A stretch of 64,000 nt of DNA from an uncultured Ectothiorhodospiraceae bacterium (GCA_947259415.1 CAMYMI010000001.1:100880-164879); one strand, 5' to 3'. Shown: positions 1-9,906, counted from the stretch's first letter. Program-made: numbers and translations. Notes: a model not told the origin generated them from the sequence alone.

Positions 1-2031
1 CTTGTCGCCAGCGGCCGGTGTACCGGCGTAGTGGTTGCCACCGGGATGGAGACGGAACTCGGCCGGGTTGCCACGCTGCTACACAAGCATGAAATACCCA
101 GGACACCATTGCAGTTGCGACTTTCCCGCTTTGGACAGCGACTCGCGATCGCCGTACTGTGCGTATGCGCCATCGTCTTTGTATCCGGCCTGCTACGCAA
201 CGAACCCCTGCTGTTGATGTTTCTCACCGCGGTCACCCTTGCAGTGGCGGCAATCCCGGAGGCGCTGCCGGCTGTGGTAACCGTATCGCTGGCCCTGGGG
301 GCGCGCAAGATGAGCCGTCACAATACACTCATCCGTCGGCTGCCCGCGGTCGAGACCCTGGGATCGGTCACCTATATCTGCGCAGACAAGACCGGGACCC
401 TGACAGAAAACCGCATGCGTGCGGATGCACTCTTCGCCGGCAACGAACAACAGGCTACCCTCCCGGCAGCAGCAGATGCGGCGATACACTGGCAGAAGCT
501 GGGTCAGGCAATGGCCCTGAATAACGACGTTCATCCTCAGCCCGACGGTAGTGCAAGCGGTGACCCCACCGAGGTACCGCTGTACCAGGCAGCCAGCGAT
601 GCAGGTTTCGTGAAGGGCGTGCTCGAGGAATCCATGCCCCGGCTTGCTGAACTGCCGTTCGACGCACAACGCAAGCGTATGACCACGATCCACCGGAACC
701 ATGACGGGGTCGTTGCCTTCGTCAAGGGGGCACCGGAGGAAGTCCTGTCGCGCTGCGTTAGCCGGCTAATCGAGGATAACCACGCTGCTGCGGACCTGCC
801 CGCCTTGCAGGCGACGGCGGAGCGGCTGGCCAAGAAGGGCTACCGGGTACTGGCCTATGCGGCCCGCACCCTGGAGGAACTGCCTGCTGATATACAGCCC
901 GATATCGTCGAACAGGAACTCGAGTTTCTCGGGTTTATCGGTCTAATCGATCCACCGCGTACCGAGGCCTTTGAGGCGGTCAACCTGTGCCGTTCCGCCG
1001 GTATCACACCGGTCATGATCACCGGTGACCATGCCGGCACGGCGCAGGCCATTGCCATACGCCTGGGAATTGCCCGGGAAAATGACAGCGTAGTAACCGG
1101 CCAGGAACTCGAACAGCTCTCGCCGGAAGAACTGCAGGCGCGCATAACACGTACACCGGTATTCGCACGTGTCAACCCGGAGCAGAAGATCAAGATCGTG
1201 CAGGCATTGCAGGCGCGCGGTGAATTCGTCGCCATGACCGGTGACGGGGTCAACGATGCCCCGGCACTGAAACGCGCCGAGATCGGCATCGCCATGGGCA
1301 AGAAAGGTACCGATGTGGCGCGTGAGGCCGCCGACATGGTGCTGCTCGATGACAACTTCGCCACGATTGTCGCGGCGGTGTCCGAGGGACGCCGCATCTT
1401 CGACAACATCCGCAAATTCATAAAGGACACAATGAGTTCCAACTCGGGGGAGATCTGGACCCTGTTCCTGGCCCCGTTCCTCGGCCTGCCACTGCCCTTG
1501 CTACCGATCCACATCCTCTGGATCAACCTGGTCACCGACGGCCTGCCGGGGCTGGCTTTCACAGCCGAGCCCGCCGAACCGGGCAGCATGCAACGCAGGC
1601 CACGCCCGCCCGATGAGAGCATCTTTGCCCACGGCATGTGGCAACACATTATATGGGTGGGTTTGTTTGTCGGCGGCGTGTCCATCGCCTCCCAGGCCTG
1701 GGCCTATGGCCGCGGGCTCGAATACTGGCAGACCGTGGTATTTACCGTACTCACCATCTCGCAGCTGTTCCACTCCCTGGAGGCACGCAGTGAGCGCGAG
1801 TCGATCTTCCGCCTCGGGCTGACCAGTAACCTTCCCATGCTGGGAGCGGTACTGCTCACGGTTGCACTTCAGCTCGCGGTGATCTACACACCCGCCCTGA
1901 ACGCCGTGTTCAATACCCAGCCGCTGCCCCTGCCCGACCTTGTGTTGTGTTTTGTCCTGTCCTCACTGGTGATGATTGCCGTGGAAGCTGAAAAGTGGCT
2001 GATCAGACAGGGGCGTCTGTATACCTCCTGA
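1..2031 (+). CDS. Cation-transporting P-type ATPase (5' end cut by window edge)
   Basis: DKTGTLT phosphorylation motif and TGDGVNDAPALK hinge motif, followed by C-terminal TM helices. The frame is open from nt 1, so the listed GTG 31 start is an artefact of truncation. Confidence 0.95.
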   Translation, partial: LVASGRCTGVVVATGMETELGRVATLLHKHEIPRTPLQLRLSRFGQRLAIAVLCVCAIVFVSGLLRNEPLLLMFLTAVTLAVAAIPEALPAVVTVSLALGARKMSRHNTLIRRLPAVETLGSVTYICADKTGTLTENRMRADALFAGNEQQATLPAAADAAIHWQKLGQAMALNNDVHPQPDGSASGDPTEVPLYQAASDAGFVKGVLEESMPRLAELPFDAQRKRMTTIHRNHDGVVAFVKGAPEEVLSRCVSRLIEDNHAAADLPALQATAERLAKKGYRVLAYAARTLEELPADIQPDIVEQELEFLGFIGLIDPPRTEAFEAVNLCRSAGITPVMITGDHAGTAQAIAIRLGIARENDSVVTGQELEQLSPEELQARITRTPVFARVNPEQKIKIVQALQARGEFVAMTGDGVNDAPALKRAEIGIAMGKKGTDVAREAADMVLLDDNFATIVAAVSEGRRIFDNIRKFIKDTMSSNSGEIWTLFLAPFLGLPLPLLPIHILWINLVTDGLPGLAFTAEPAEPGSMQRRPRPPDESIFAHGMWQHIIWVGLFVGGVSIASQAWAYGRGLEYWQTVVFTVLTISQLFHSLEARSERESIFRLGLTSNLPMLGAVLLTVALQLAVIYTPALNAVFNTQPLPLPDLVLCFVLSSLVMIAVEAEKWLIRQGRLYTS

Positions 2032-2087
2032 AGAGGCCATGACGGTAGCCTGGATACCCCGAAACGGGCGTACGCCATCCTGAGACC

Positions 2088-2663
2088 TCACAAGCCGATC
2101 AACAGGATAACGCCTGCCGTCAACAAGGCGATGACGAGGGTGCGCAGCCCGCTCCACAACCAGAAGCGGCCACTGATCGAACCCAGAAATGCCCCGAGCA
2201 GAAACAGCGTGGCAAACGCCACCACAATGGAAGACTCCAGCGGCCCCAGTGGCAGGCTGACCCCGGCATCCACCAGCCATAACGGTGTGATAACGACCAG
2301 TGCCATGAGCAAGGGTGCCAGGCCGTTGACCGCGGCGATCAGCAGCGGCACCTGTCGCGCCGCCGCACCGTGGGCGGTATCCTCGAGGTCGCGCACCAGG
2401 GCCCGCTCAAGCTCCTGCAACTCCCGTTCACGTTCTGCAGATTCGCTCACATAGGCGCTGGACAAGCCGCTCACGGTCAGTGCAATGGCGGCCCCCAGAC
2501 AGGCATTGATCACTATCGGAACCGGCACACCGCCAGTTGCATAGAAGCCCATGATCAACCCCAGCATGGTCAACGCCCCGTCGAAACCATTGGTCACGAA
2601 ATAGCGTCGGGCAATCCGGTGGGCGCGAGTCAGCTGGACAAGCAGGCGCAGTCGCTCAAGCAT
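2088..2663 (-). CDS. VIT1/CCC1-like (TIGR00267-type) membrane protein, putative Fe/Mn transporter
   Basis: 191 aa with N-terminal RYFVTNGFDGALTMLGLIMG, an acidic ERERELQELE loop, and several Gly/Ala-rich TM helices. ATG at 2663. Sits 14 nt downstream of the DUF211 gene. Confidence 0.7.
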   Translation of the reverse strand: MLERLRLLVQLTRAHRIARRYFVTNGFDGALTMLGLIMGFYATGGVPVPIVINACLGAAIALTVSGLSSAYVSESAERERELQELERALVRDLEDTAHGAAARQVPLLIAAVNGLAPLLMALVVITPLWLVDAGVSLPLGPLESSIVVAFATLFLLGAFLGSISGRFWLWSGLRTLVIALLTAGVILLIGL

Positions 2664-2677
2664 GGTGTGGGCGTGCG

Positions 2678-2959
2678 CTAGGCCTCGTCGGCAGGTGCAT
2701 ACCCGGAACCCTGCACCTCCACCTCGTCAATGCTGTGCACCGAGCCACCCAGGTGGGTAATCGTCTCGACCACCGCATCATAGGGGATATCCTTGCCCTC
2801 GATGGTGATTACCGTCGTCTCGGTTTTCTCATCCATCTCGGTGACAGTCAGCTTGATGCGACACTTCTCGTGCTGCCCGGCTATGGCACTGGCAAATTCC
2901 AGCGCGTTTGGGATATGGGGTTTTAGCACGTCAAGCACGATACGTGTAAGTGAAGACAT
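2678..2959 (-). CDS. DUF211-like small protein
   Basis: 93 aa. The sequence IVLDVLKPH...TVTEMDEKTETTVITIEGKDI..HLGGSVHSIDEV matches my memory of the DUF211 (COG1888) fold family, which is commonly paired with VIT1-like genes. Confidence 0.65.
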   Translation of the reverse strand: MSSLTRIVLDVLKPHIPNALEFASAIAGQHEKCRIKLTVTEMDEKTETTVITIEGKDIPYDAVVETITHLGGSVHSIDEVEVQGSGYAPADEA

Positions 2960-2981
2960 GCGCTGTTACCCCATAAAGAAT

Positions 2982-3015
2982 GAGAATGATTGATACACTG
3001 CTATTATGATAATAA
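2982..3015. promoter_or_regulatory. Fur-box-like AT-rich elements upstream of the DUF211/VIT1 operon
   Basis: GAGAATGATTGATAC (2982-2996) and TATTATGATAATAA (3002-3015) match about 10-11 of 19 positions of the GATAATGATAATCATTATC consensus by hand alignment. They lie 23-56 nt upstream of the DUF211 start codon. Confidence 0.3.
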
Positions 3016-3139
3016 CCCATTTCCCTGATTATGAATCAACCAGGGTGGATCCGCTTCCTGTACGGCAGTTCTTGCAGCGAGTGTATGAACCGCGTGACGG
3101 GCAATATCCAGCAGATCACTCAGACAGGAGTAAGCACAT

Positions 3140-3610
3140 ATGAGATTCTATATCACCGGCACTGTAATAACCTGCCTGCTCGCGGCCTTCACTGCGGGTG
3201 GAGTCCATGCTGCCGAGCTACCACAGGTCGTCACCGACCTGGTTGCCGAAGCAAAGACGCAGGTCAACACTATTGACATGGGGACCTTCAAGAAAATCAT
3301 CGACAGCAAGGCCTATGATTACGTCATCGACGTCCGTGAGCCGGATGAATTTGCCGTTGGCCATATCCCGGGTGCCATCAATATTCCCCGGGGGGTGATC
3401 GAATTCAGGATCTGGGTCCTCACCGGTTATCCTGAATCAACAGACACCGGCATCCGCCTGTATATCTACTGCAAAACGGGCGGCCGCTGCGCGCTGGCCG
3501 CGAGGTCCCTGCAGGCACTGGGTTTTACCAGTGTCACTGCCGTGGACATGAAGCTGGCCGACTGGCAGACCGCCGGTCACCCGCTGACAGTCCCCGAACC
3601 GGACTTCTGA
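3140..3610 (+). CDS. Periplasmic rhodanese-domain sulfurtransferase
   Basis: Signal peptide ending HAAE, then DVREPDEFAVGHIPGAINIP and the active-site loop YCKTGGR. CAGGAG RBS lies upstream of the ATG. Confidence 0.85.
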   Translation: MRFYITGTVITCLLAAFTAGGVHAAELPQVVTDLVAEAKTQVNTIDMGTFKKIIDSKAYDYVIDVREPDEFAVGHIPGAINIPRGVIEFRIWVLTGYPESTDTGIRLYIYCKTGGRCALAARSLQALGFTSVTAVDMKLADWQTAGHPLTVPEPDF

Positions 3611-3650
3611 CCCTGCAGTGCCTGTATAGAATCATACAGCGGGACGGACA

Positions 3651-4541
3651 ATGGCCACCGAGATCAGCCGCATCAGGTACGTATTCGAGAACCCCCTGCA
3701 CTTCACGGGCATTGTCATCAGGGGTTTTCGCGCCAACCAGGGCTTCCTGCTGGCCGGTGCGGTCGCCTACTACACCCTGCTGTCGATCGTTCCCATGCTG
3801 GCACTGATCCTCATCGTGCTGTCGCATCTGACCGACCTGCAACTGCTGCTGGACACAACGCGTGAATACCTCAGCCTGGTGGCACCCGGTCAGGCGGACA
3901 ACCTGACGACACAGATCACGGCCTTCCTGCATGACTGGAAACTGGTCGGTGTCCTGGGCCTGCTCATGCTGCTGCTGTTCAGCTCACTGGCCTTCACGAC
4001 ACTGGAAAACGCAATGTCGGTGATCTTCTTCCACCGGGTGGCGATCCACCGCCGGCACTTCCTGATCTCGGCCATCATCCCCTACTGCTATATCCTGTTC
4101 CTCGCACTCGGCCTGTTCCTGGTGAGTACCGTGAGCGGCATCCTGGACTCCATCGACGCGCGCAGCTTCACCTTCATGGGCCATGCCTGGTCACTCAGCG
4201 GACTAACCACCGGTATTATCTACGCCATCGGACTGGTCGGCGAAGTGTTGCTGCTATCCTCGCTCTACCTGGTGATGCCGATCGGCCGTCTGGCCCCGAG
4301 CCATGCGCTGATCGGGGGGATCACTGCAACCGCGTTGTGGGAACTGACACGCCATTTCCTGATCTGGTATTTCTCCACCCTGTCGATCGTCAATGTAGTT
4401 TACGGTACCTTCGCCACCGCCATCATCATCCTGCTAAGCCTGGAAGTGGGCGCCATCATCCTGCTGCTGGGCGCCCAGGTGATCTCCGACTACGAGCGCA
4501 TCGGCAGCAATGAATTGATGCCCGCGGACCTGCAAACCTGA
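3651..4541 (+). CDS. YihY/BrkB-family membrane protein
   Basis: GAVAYYTLLSIVPMLAL signature and six predicted TM segments. Confidence 0.85.
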   Translation: MATEISRIRYVFENPLHFTGIVIRGFRANQGFLLAGAVAYYTLLSIVPMLALILIVLSHLTDLQLLLDTTREYLSLVAPGQADNLTTQITAFLHDWKLVGVLGLLMLLLFSSLAFTTLENAMSVIFFHRVAIHRRHFLISAIIPYCYILFLALGLFLVSTVSGILDSIDARSFTFMGHAWSLSGLTTGIIYAIGLVGEVLLLSSLYLVMPIGRLAPSHALIGGITATALWELTRHFLIWYFSTLSIVNVVYGTFATAIIILLSLEVGAIILLLGAQVISDYERIGSNELMPADLQT

Positions 4542-5815
4542 TGAACCATGATCCGGCGAGGTACCCTCCCGGGCCGTCACCGGCTGGCTGCGGCCGGGAC
4601 AGCTGCCGAGCGGCGAGGATGGTATGCACCCTGCTTCTCATAACTTGCACGGTTATCACTAAACCCGCATTGGCACAGGTACTGGAATACCGCCAGCAGG
4701 AGATTACGGTCGAGGATTTCACCCGGCGCGTCCAGCTGCCGGCGGGCTATACCCTGGAAATACTGACCACGGAACTGGACGGCCCGCGCCTGCTCAGTTT
4801 CGCTGCAAACGGTGACCTCTTCATCGGCTCCAAATCTGGCAAGGTGTACCGTCTGGTGCCGCCCTATACGCGCCCCGAGGTACTGGTGACCCTCGACAAC
4901 TACCCGCACAGCGTGACCCTGCGCCGCAACGAAATACTGATCGCGCAGACCGACGGTATCTACCGTGCACCTTACCGACCGAGGCAGGCCCGCGTAGACC
5001 CCGAATCAGTCACCCGGCTGGCTGCACTGCCGGGCGGTGGTGGCCACAGCAGCCGCACTGTTGGAATTGGCCCCGATGAGCGAGTCTATGTCAGTCTCGG
5101 CATCAGCGGCAATTGCAGCGACCAGTACCTGGGGGCCGACTACCCATTCAAGGACCGGCGCGGTGGCATCCTGGTGTTGAACGAAGACGGCGACAAACCC
5201 CGCCTGGAACCGTTTGCATCCGGCCTGCGCAACCCGGTCGGGTTCGACTGGCATCCGCAAAGCGGTGTGCTCTATGCCAGCAACAACGGCCCCGACCACC
5301 TGGGCTTCGAACAGCCGCGTGAATATTTCAGCCGCGTCGAGGCCCACTCCTTTCACGGCATGCCCTGGTTCCAATTCGACGGCCAGAGTGTTCGCCGTGA
5401 CAAGTGCATCTCAAGCCAGCCACAACGCCCGCTGTCAGCGGTATCGATCCCGGTCGCGACCTTCCCCGCGCGTAATGCGCCCATGGCAGTTGCCTTTGTG
5501 CCCGCGGGCGCACTCGATGCAGGTTTCGCGAACGACGCCGTGGTCGCACTGCGCGGTTCCTGGGGGACGCGGCCTTCCGGCAAGGCCTGGGGCAACCCTG
5601 CTACCCGGCGACCTCCGAAACTGGTGCGGGTGCGATTCGAGGACACCACGGTGGTTGGCGTCGATGACCTTGTTACCGGCTTCCAGCTAGCGAACGGTGA
5701 GCGCTGGGCTCGGCCCGTCGGTGTCGCCATTGGACCTGACGGCGCACTGTATTTCACCAGCGACAGTGGTGTACATGCACTGTTTCGCCTGCGTCGCCTA
5801 GCGGGGCCCGAATGA
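4541..5815 (+). CDS. PQQ-dependent sugar (glucose/sorbosone) dehydrogenase-like beta-propeller protein
   Basis: GLRNPVGFDWHPQSGVLYASNNGPD and related propeller motifs. The start overlaps the yihY-like stop (TGATG). An alternative ATG at 4619 precedes a signal-like segment, LLLITCTVITKPALAQ. Confidence 0.8.
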   Translation: MNHDPARYPPGPSPAGCGRDSCRAARMVCTLLLITCTVITKPALAQVLEYRQQEITVEDFTRRVQLPAGYTLEILTTELDGPRLLSFAANGDLFIGSKSGKVYRLVPPYTRPEVLVTLDNYPHSVTLRRNEILIAQTDGIYRAPYRPRQARVDPESVTRLAALPGGGGHSSRTVGIGPDERVYVSLGISGNCSDQYLGADYPFKDRRGGILVLNEDGDKPRLEPFASGLRNPVGFDWHPQSGVLYASNNGPDHLGFEQPREYFSRVEAHSFHGMPWFQFDGQSVRRDKCISSQPQRPLSAVSIPVATFPARNAPMAVAFVPAGALDAGFANDAVVALRGSWGTRPSGKAWGNPATRRPPKLVRVRFEDTTVVGVDDLVTGFQLANGERWARPVGVAIGPDGALYFTSDSGVHALFRLRRLAGPE

Positions 5816-6113
5816 GGCTGTATCGACATCGGCTGATGTCCTCAAAGACGTCGCCATACGGCTTGGCGAAACATACCCGGAACCCATCGTTGACCTGGTA
5901 CAAAGCCGGCGCGATGCCCTGGCGGCCCGGGATGAAGTGAAACATATCAGGACATAGCACTGCGCTGTTCTGACTGTTCCACCACCAGCAGCATGGTTTT
6001 GCTACCAACTAACCCACCTTGTGAGGGTATCGTCCCGGCAAAATACCCCTATAAATGGGTATATCCAGTCATTTCGGCTTGTCGCGTTGCCACGCGTGGC
6101 CGACAATAGCCGG

Positions 6114-8168
6114 ATGGACAAACCCGTCAGTGATACTGCCATCCCGGTACCCGGCCAGCTGTTTCGCGGCGCAGACCGGCTGCGCATCGCGCTGGTGGGC
6201 ATGCCCAACAGCGGCAAAAGCACCCTGTTCAAGGCGGTATCGAGCACCGCGATCAATACCGGCGAACTGACCGGGACCCACCGCGCCTACGAGGAATGCG
6301 CGGTGCAGATAGGCTTTGACGAGGCGCGCCTGGTCGACCTGCCTAGTATTCACACACTGCACCACCAGGAGCATGACGACCTGGTCGCCCTGCAGTACCT
6401 GCTGTGGGGTGACGAACAGCCGCCGATATCGGTGCATGAACCGGGTGGGCCACCGGCCCCGTTCGCCCCGCCCGATGTCATTATCCAGGTCGTCGATGCC
6501 ACGGCACTGGAACGCCATCTGGAACTTACCCTGGAACTCAGCCAGCTGGGCCGCCCCATGGTGATCGCCCTGAACATGATGGACGAGGCCTGGAAGAAGG
6601 GGCTGCACATCAACAGCAAGCAACTCGGCAAGCTGCTGGGAGTCCCGGTGGTACCGACGGTTGCCCTGATGGGCCAGGGCATCTCGGAGCTGTTCGAGGC
6701 CGCGGTGGCCGCAGTGCGCGCCCAGGCCTGTCCCCTGCCACAGCCGGCCAGCCATCACATCTGCGACAACCTCCAGCCCTTGGGCAAGGCGCTCAACCGT
6801 AGCGACCTGCACGCTGCCTTTCGGGTCCCCCACCCCTTCCTGGTGATGCAAATAGCCGCGGGGACTAGCTACTTCCAGCAGGAAATGCAAATGCATTTCC
6901 CCGCACTGGTGCCGGAACTGGAGCAGCTACGCAGCCAGGCGGAAAGTGCCCTGCCGCGCGCACTCAACGACGAGATCCATGCCGACCGCCACCATCGTGC
7001 GGCCACCCTGTTCGAGGCGGTCACACGCGTAGGCGCCCCGCACGAGGGACGCGGCTGGCGCTACTGGCTGGACGAACTGTTCCTGCACCCCCAGTGGGGC
7101 CTGCTGGGCAGCCTGATGGTATTCGCCGCCGTCCTGTTCGTGGTTTTCGAGATCAGCGTATGGCTCGATTCCATGACCGCGGCACGCCTGATCGACTGGG
7201 TGTCGGTCTGGCAGCCGCAGACAACCGGCGGCGTGATCGGGCGCGCCGTGACCGACGGCCTGATCGGCCTGGTGGGAATCGTCGTCCCTTACATGATTCC
7301 GCTGGTATTGCTGCTGGTGGCGCTGGAAGAGGCCGGCATCATGCAGCGCATCGCCTTCGTGGTCGACCGCGGATTTCACCGCATCGGCCTGCACGGCGGG
7401 GTCGCGGTCCCCTTCCTGCTGGGCCTGGGTTGCAATGTACCGGCCATCTCCGGGGCCGCAATGGCCGCCAGCGGCCGGGAACGCGTCGTTGCCTCGCTAC
7501 TGATCACCTTCGTACCCTGCTCGGCCCGTTCCGCCGTCATCCTGGCCCTGGCCGGCAAATACCTTGGCGGCTTCGGGGTGTTCGCGATCTTCATGCTGAC
7601 CATCGTGGTGATTGCGGTAATGGGACCGCTGCTGACGCGGCGCTATGCCCAACGCGGCCCCGGCCAGGTGCAGGAGATCCCGGCCTACGAACTGCCGACC
7701 TGGCAGGCCCTGCTGACCAAGACCTGGGGCCGGACCCGCGATATCCTCACCATCGTTACCCCGCTGCTGGTCGGCGGCAGTGTGGTGCTGGCATTGCTCA
7801 ACCATGTCGGCGCCGACGATTTCATCAACCTGCTGTTTACCCCGATTACCAGCTGGTGGCTGGGTCTGCCCGTGGTACTGGGCGTCCCGATCCTGTTCGG
7901 GGTGCTGCGCAAGGAACTCTCGCTGCTGATGATCTACCAGGCACTGGGCAGCTTCGAGGTTGGCGACTACCTCGACTGGGTACAACTCGTGACCTTCCTG
8001 ATCTTTCTGACCTTCTACATCCCCTGCGTGTCCACATTCGCGGTCATGCTCAAAACCATTGGCCGCAAGGATGCGGTGTTCTCGCTGTTCCTTTCGGTGA
8101 GCGTCGCTCTGGTGGTCAGCGGGATCATTCGCCTGCTGCTGGAAGGCGGCCGGTTTCTGGCCGGATAG
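6114..8168 (+). CDS. feoB: Ferrous iron transporter FeoB-like (divergent G domain)
   Basis: G1 loop GMPNSGKSTLF, NMMD (G4-like), and a C-terminal polytopic nucleoside-recognition/gate domain. I chose ATG 6114 (MDKPV...) rather than the track start at 6021. Confidence 0.85.
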   Translation: MDKPVSDTAIPVPGQLFRGADRLRIALVGMPNSGKSTLFKAVSSTAINTGELTGTHRAYEECAVQIGFDEARLVDLPSIHTLHHQEHDDLVALQYLLWGDEQPPISVHEPGGPPAPFAPPDVIIQVVDATALERHLELTLELSQLGRPMVIALNMMDEAWKKGLHINSKQLGKLLGVPVVPTVALMGQGISELFEAAVAAVRAQACPLPQPASHHICDNLQPLGKALNRSDLHAAFRVPHPFLVMQIAAGTSYFQQEMQMHFPALVPELEQLRSQAESALPRALNDEIHADRHHRAATLFEAVTRVGAPHEGRGWRYWLDELFLHPQWGLLGSLMVFAAVLFVVFEISVWLDSMTAARLIDWVSVWQPQTTGGVIGRAVTDGLIGLVGIVVPYMIPLVLLLVALEEAGIMQRIAFVVDRGFHRIGLHGGVAVPFLLGLGCNVPAISGAAMAASGRERVVASLLITFVPCSARSAVILALAGKYLGGFGVFAIFMLTIVVIAVMGPLLTRRYAQRGPGQVQEIPAYELPTWQALLTKTWGRTRDILTIVTPLLVGGSVVLALLNHVGADDFINLLFTPITSWWLGLPVVLGVPILFGVLRKELSLLMIYQALGSFEVGDYLDWVQLVTFLIFLTFYIPCVSTFAVMLKTIGRKDAVFSLFLSVSVALVVSGIIRLLLEGGRFLAG

Positions 8169-8298
8169 GAGACTGCAGGGTCCCGGATCCGGTGCCTTGA
8201 TTAGCGATTGCGCCGCAGGCCCGGCATATTGACGCGGCCGACCTCGGGATGGTGTCGGCCACCGTCGTGGCATACCATTTCCGCAATCCAACAGCACG

Positions 8299-9069
8299 AT
8301 GCAAACTGGACTAACGCGACATACAGCGGCCGTGAACAGAAAACCGAAAAAGACCGTTGTAGAAGACTTCAACCTTAAACCGGGACGTATTCTGGCCCGT
8401 AAATACGAGGTTATCAAACCACTCGGCAAGGGTTGGGAAGGCGAGGTCTACCTGGTCAGGGAAACCGCCACCCGGATCGAACGGGCCATCAAGCTGTTCT
8501 TCCCCCAGCGCAACCTGAAGGACCGTGCGGCCCTGTTCTACGCACAGAAGCTGCACAAGTTGCGTCACTGCCCCATGGTGATCCAGTACTATAACCGGGA
8601 AAGCTTCATCTTTCGTGGCATCCCGATCACCCTGCTGGTGTCCGAGTTTGTCGAGGGTGAACTGCTGAGCGACTTTATCGCCCGGCAACCCGGCAAGCGC
8701 CTGAGCGCCTTCCAGGCGTTGCACCTGCTGCACGCCCTGGCGAGTGGTATCGAATGCATCCATCAGATGAAGGAATACCATGGCGACCTGCACACCGAGA
8801 ACATAATCGTGCTGCGCTATGGCCTGGGATTTGACCTGAAGCTCCTGGACTTTTACCACTGGGGCGCACCGGGCAGGGAAAACCTGCGCCACGACATCGT
8901 TGACCTGATCAAGATCTTCCATGAAGCGCTCGGCGGAAGCCGCTACTACAGCCGCCAACCCCCGGAGGTGAAGGCCATCTGCCGCGGCCTGAAGCGCACC
9001 CTCATCCTGGAGAAGTTCCGCAGTGCCGGACAGCTGCAGGAACACCTCGAGACGATGGAGTGGCAATAA
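8299..9069 (+). CDS. Atypical protein kinase-like protein
   Basis: Gly loop LGKGWEGEVY, an AIKLF lysine, and a catalytic-loop variant HGDLHTENIIV that resembles RIO/Kdo/WaaP kinases. No TM segment. Confidence 0.7.
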   Translation: MQTGLTRHTAAVNRKPKKTVVEDFNLKPGRILARKYEVIKPLGKGWEGEVYLVRETATRIERAIKLFFPQRNLKDRAALFYAQKLHKLRHCPMVIQYYNRESFIFRGIPITLLVSEFVEGELLSDFIARQPGKRLSAFQALHLLHALASGIECIHQMKEYHGDLHTENIIVLRYGLGFDLKLLDFYHWGAPGRENLRHDIVDLIKIFHEALGGSRYYSRQPPEVKAICRGLKRTLILEKFRSAGQLQEHLETMEWQ

Positions 9070-9071
9070 CA

Positions 9072-9875
9072 ATGAATCAGCCGCTGATCTATTGTGCCAC
9101 GGATATGGATGACATCGTGTCCTTGCCGTTCGCCTCCGGTGTGGCCTGTGCCTTTACCAGGCGCGCACCGGGGAAAGCCACGCCCAATGAAGATTCCATT
9201 GCACTGATCTCATGTAATTCCGGGGCCGGGATTCTGGTGATCGCGGACGGGATGGGCGGGTCTCGCGCCGGAGACCAGGCATCGCGTGAGGCAGTCAATG
9301 CCCTGTCCGTGGCGACCGGGAGTGGCTGCGACAATACCGATGCACTACGCGATGCGATTCTCAATGGTGTGGAACAGGCCAACGCACGTATTGGCGCAAT
9401 GAACCTGGGTGCCGCCACCACCGTGGCGATCGTCGAGATTCTTGGCCGGGAGGTACGCCCTTACCATGTCGGCGATTCCATGACCCTGATCACCGGACAA
9501 CGCGGCAAGATCAAGTACCAGAGCACTGCACACTCGCCGGTGGGCTATGCCGTGGAGTCTGGCATGCTGGATGCCGATGACGCCATCTACCATGAGGAGC
9601 GCCACCTGATTTCCAATGCCGTCGGCATGCCCGGGATGCATGTCGAAATGGGGCCCAGGATGATCCTTGCAGTTCATGATACGGTAGTGGTCGCCAGCGA
9701 CGGCCTGTTCGACAACCTGCAGGTAGACGAGATCATCGCGACCATCCGCCGGGGACCGCTTCCCGAGGCCGCAGCAGAGCTTGCCCGTCACTGCCATGAG
9801 CGCATGACCCGTGCCGGCGACGACCAGCCTCACAAACCGGACGACATGAGCTTTATTCTCTACCGGGGTAGCTGA
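9072..9875 (+). CDS. PP2C-family Ser/Thr phosphatase
   Basis: DGMGG and ASDGLFDN metal-binding motifs. ATG 9072 lies 2 nt after the kinase stop, with GGAG 11 nt upstream. The track start GTG 9060 would overlap the kinase gene. Confidence 0.85.
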   Translation: MNQPLIYCATDMDDIVSLPFASGVACAFTRRAPGKATPNEDSIALISCNSGAGILVIADGMGGSRAGDQASREAVNALSVATGSGCDNTDALRDAILNGVEQANARIGAMNLGAATTVAIVEILGREVRPYHVGDSMTLITGQRGKIKYQSTAHSPVGYAVESGMLDADDAIYHEERHLISNAVGMPGMHVEMGPRMILAVHDTVVVASDGLFDNLQVDEIIATIRRGPLPEAAAELARHCHERMTRAGDDQPHKPDDMSFILYRGS

Positions 9876-9906
9876 GCCGGCGGGATCCGTCCGGCTGCCC
9901 GGACAG

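Noticed and set aside
5950-6113. Fur box upstream of feoB
   Set aside because: No GATAAT/ATTATC-type hexamer array is present. Only the GGGTAT/ATACCC repeats are there, and they do not resemble a Fur site.
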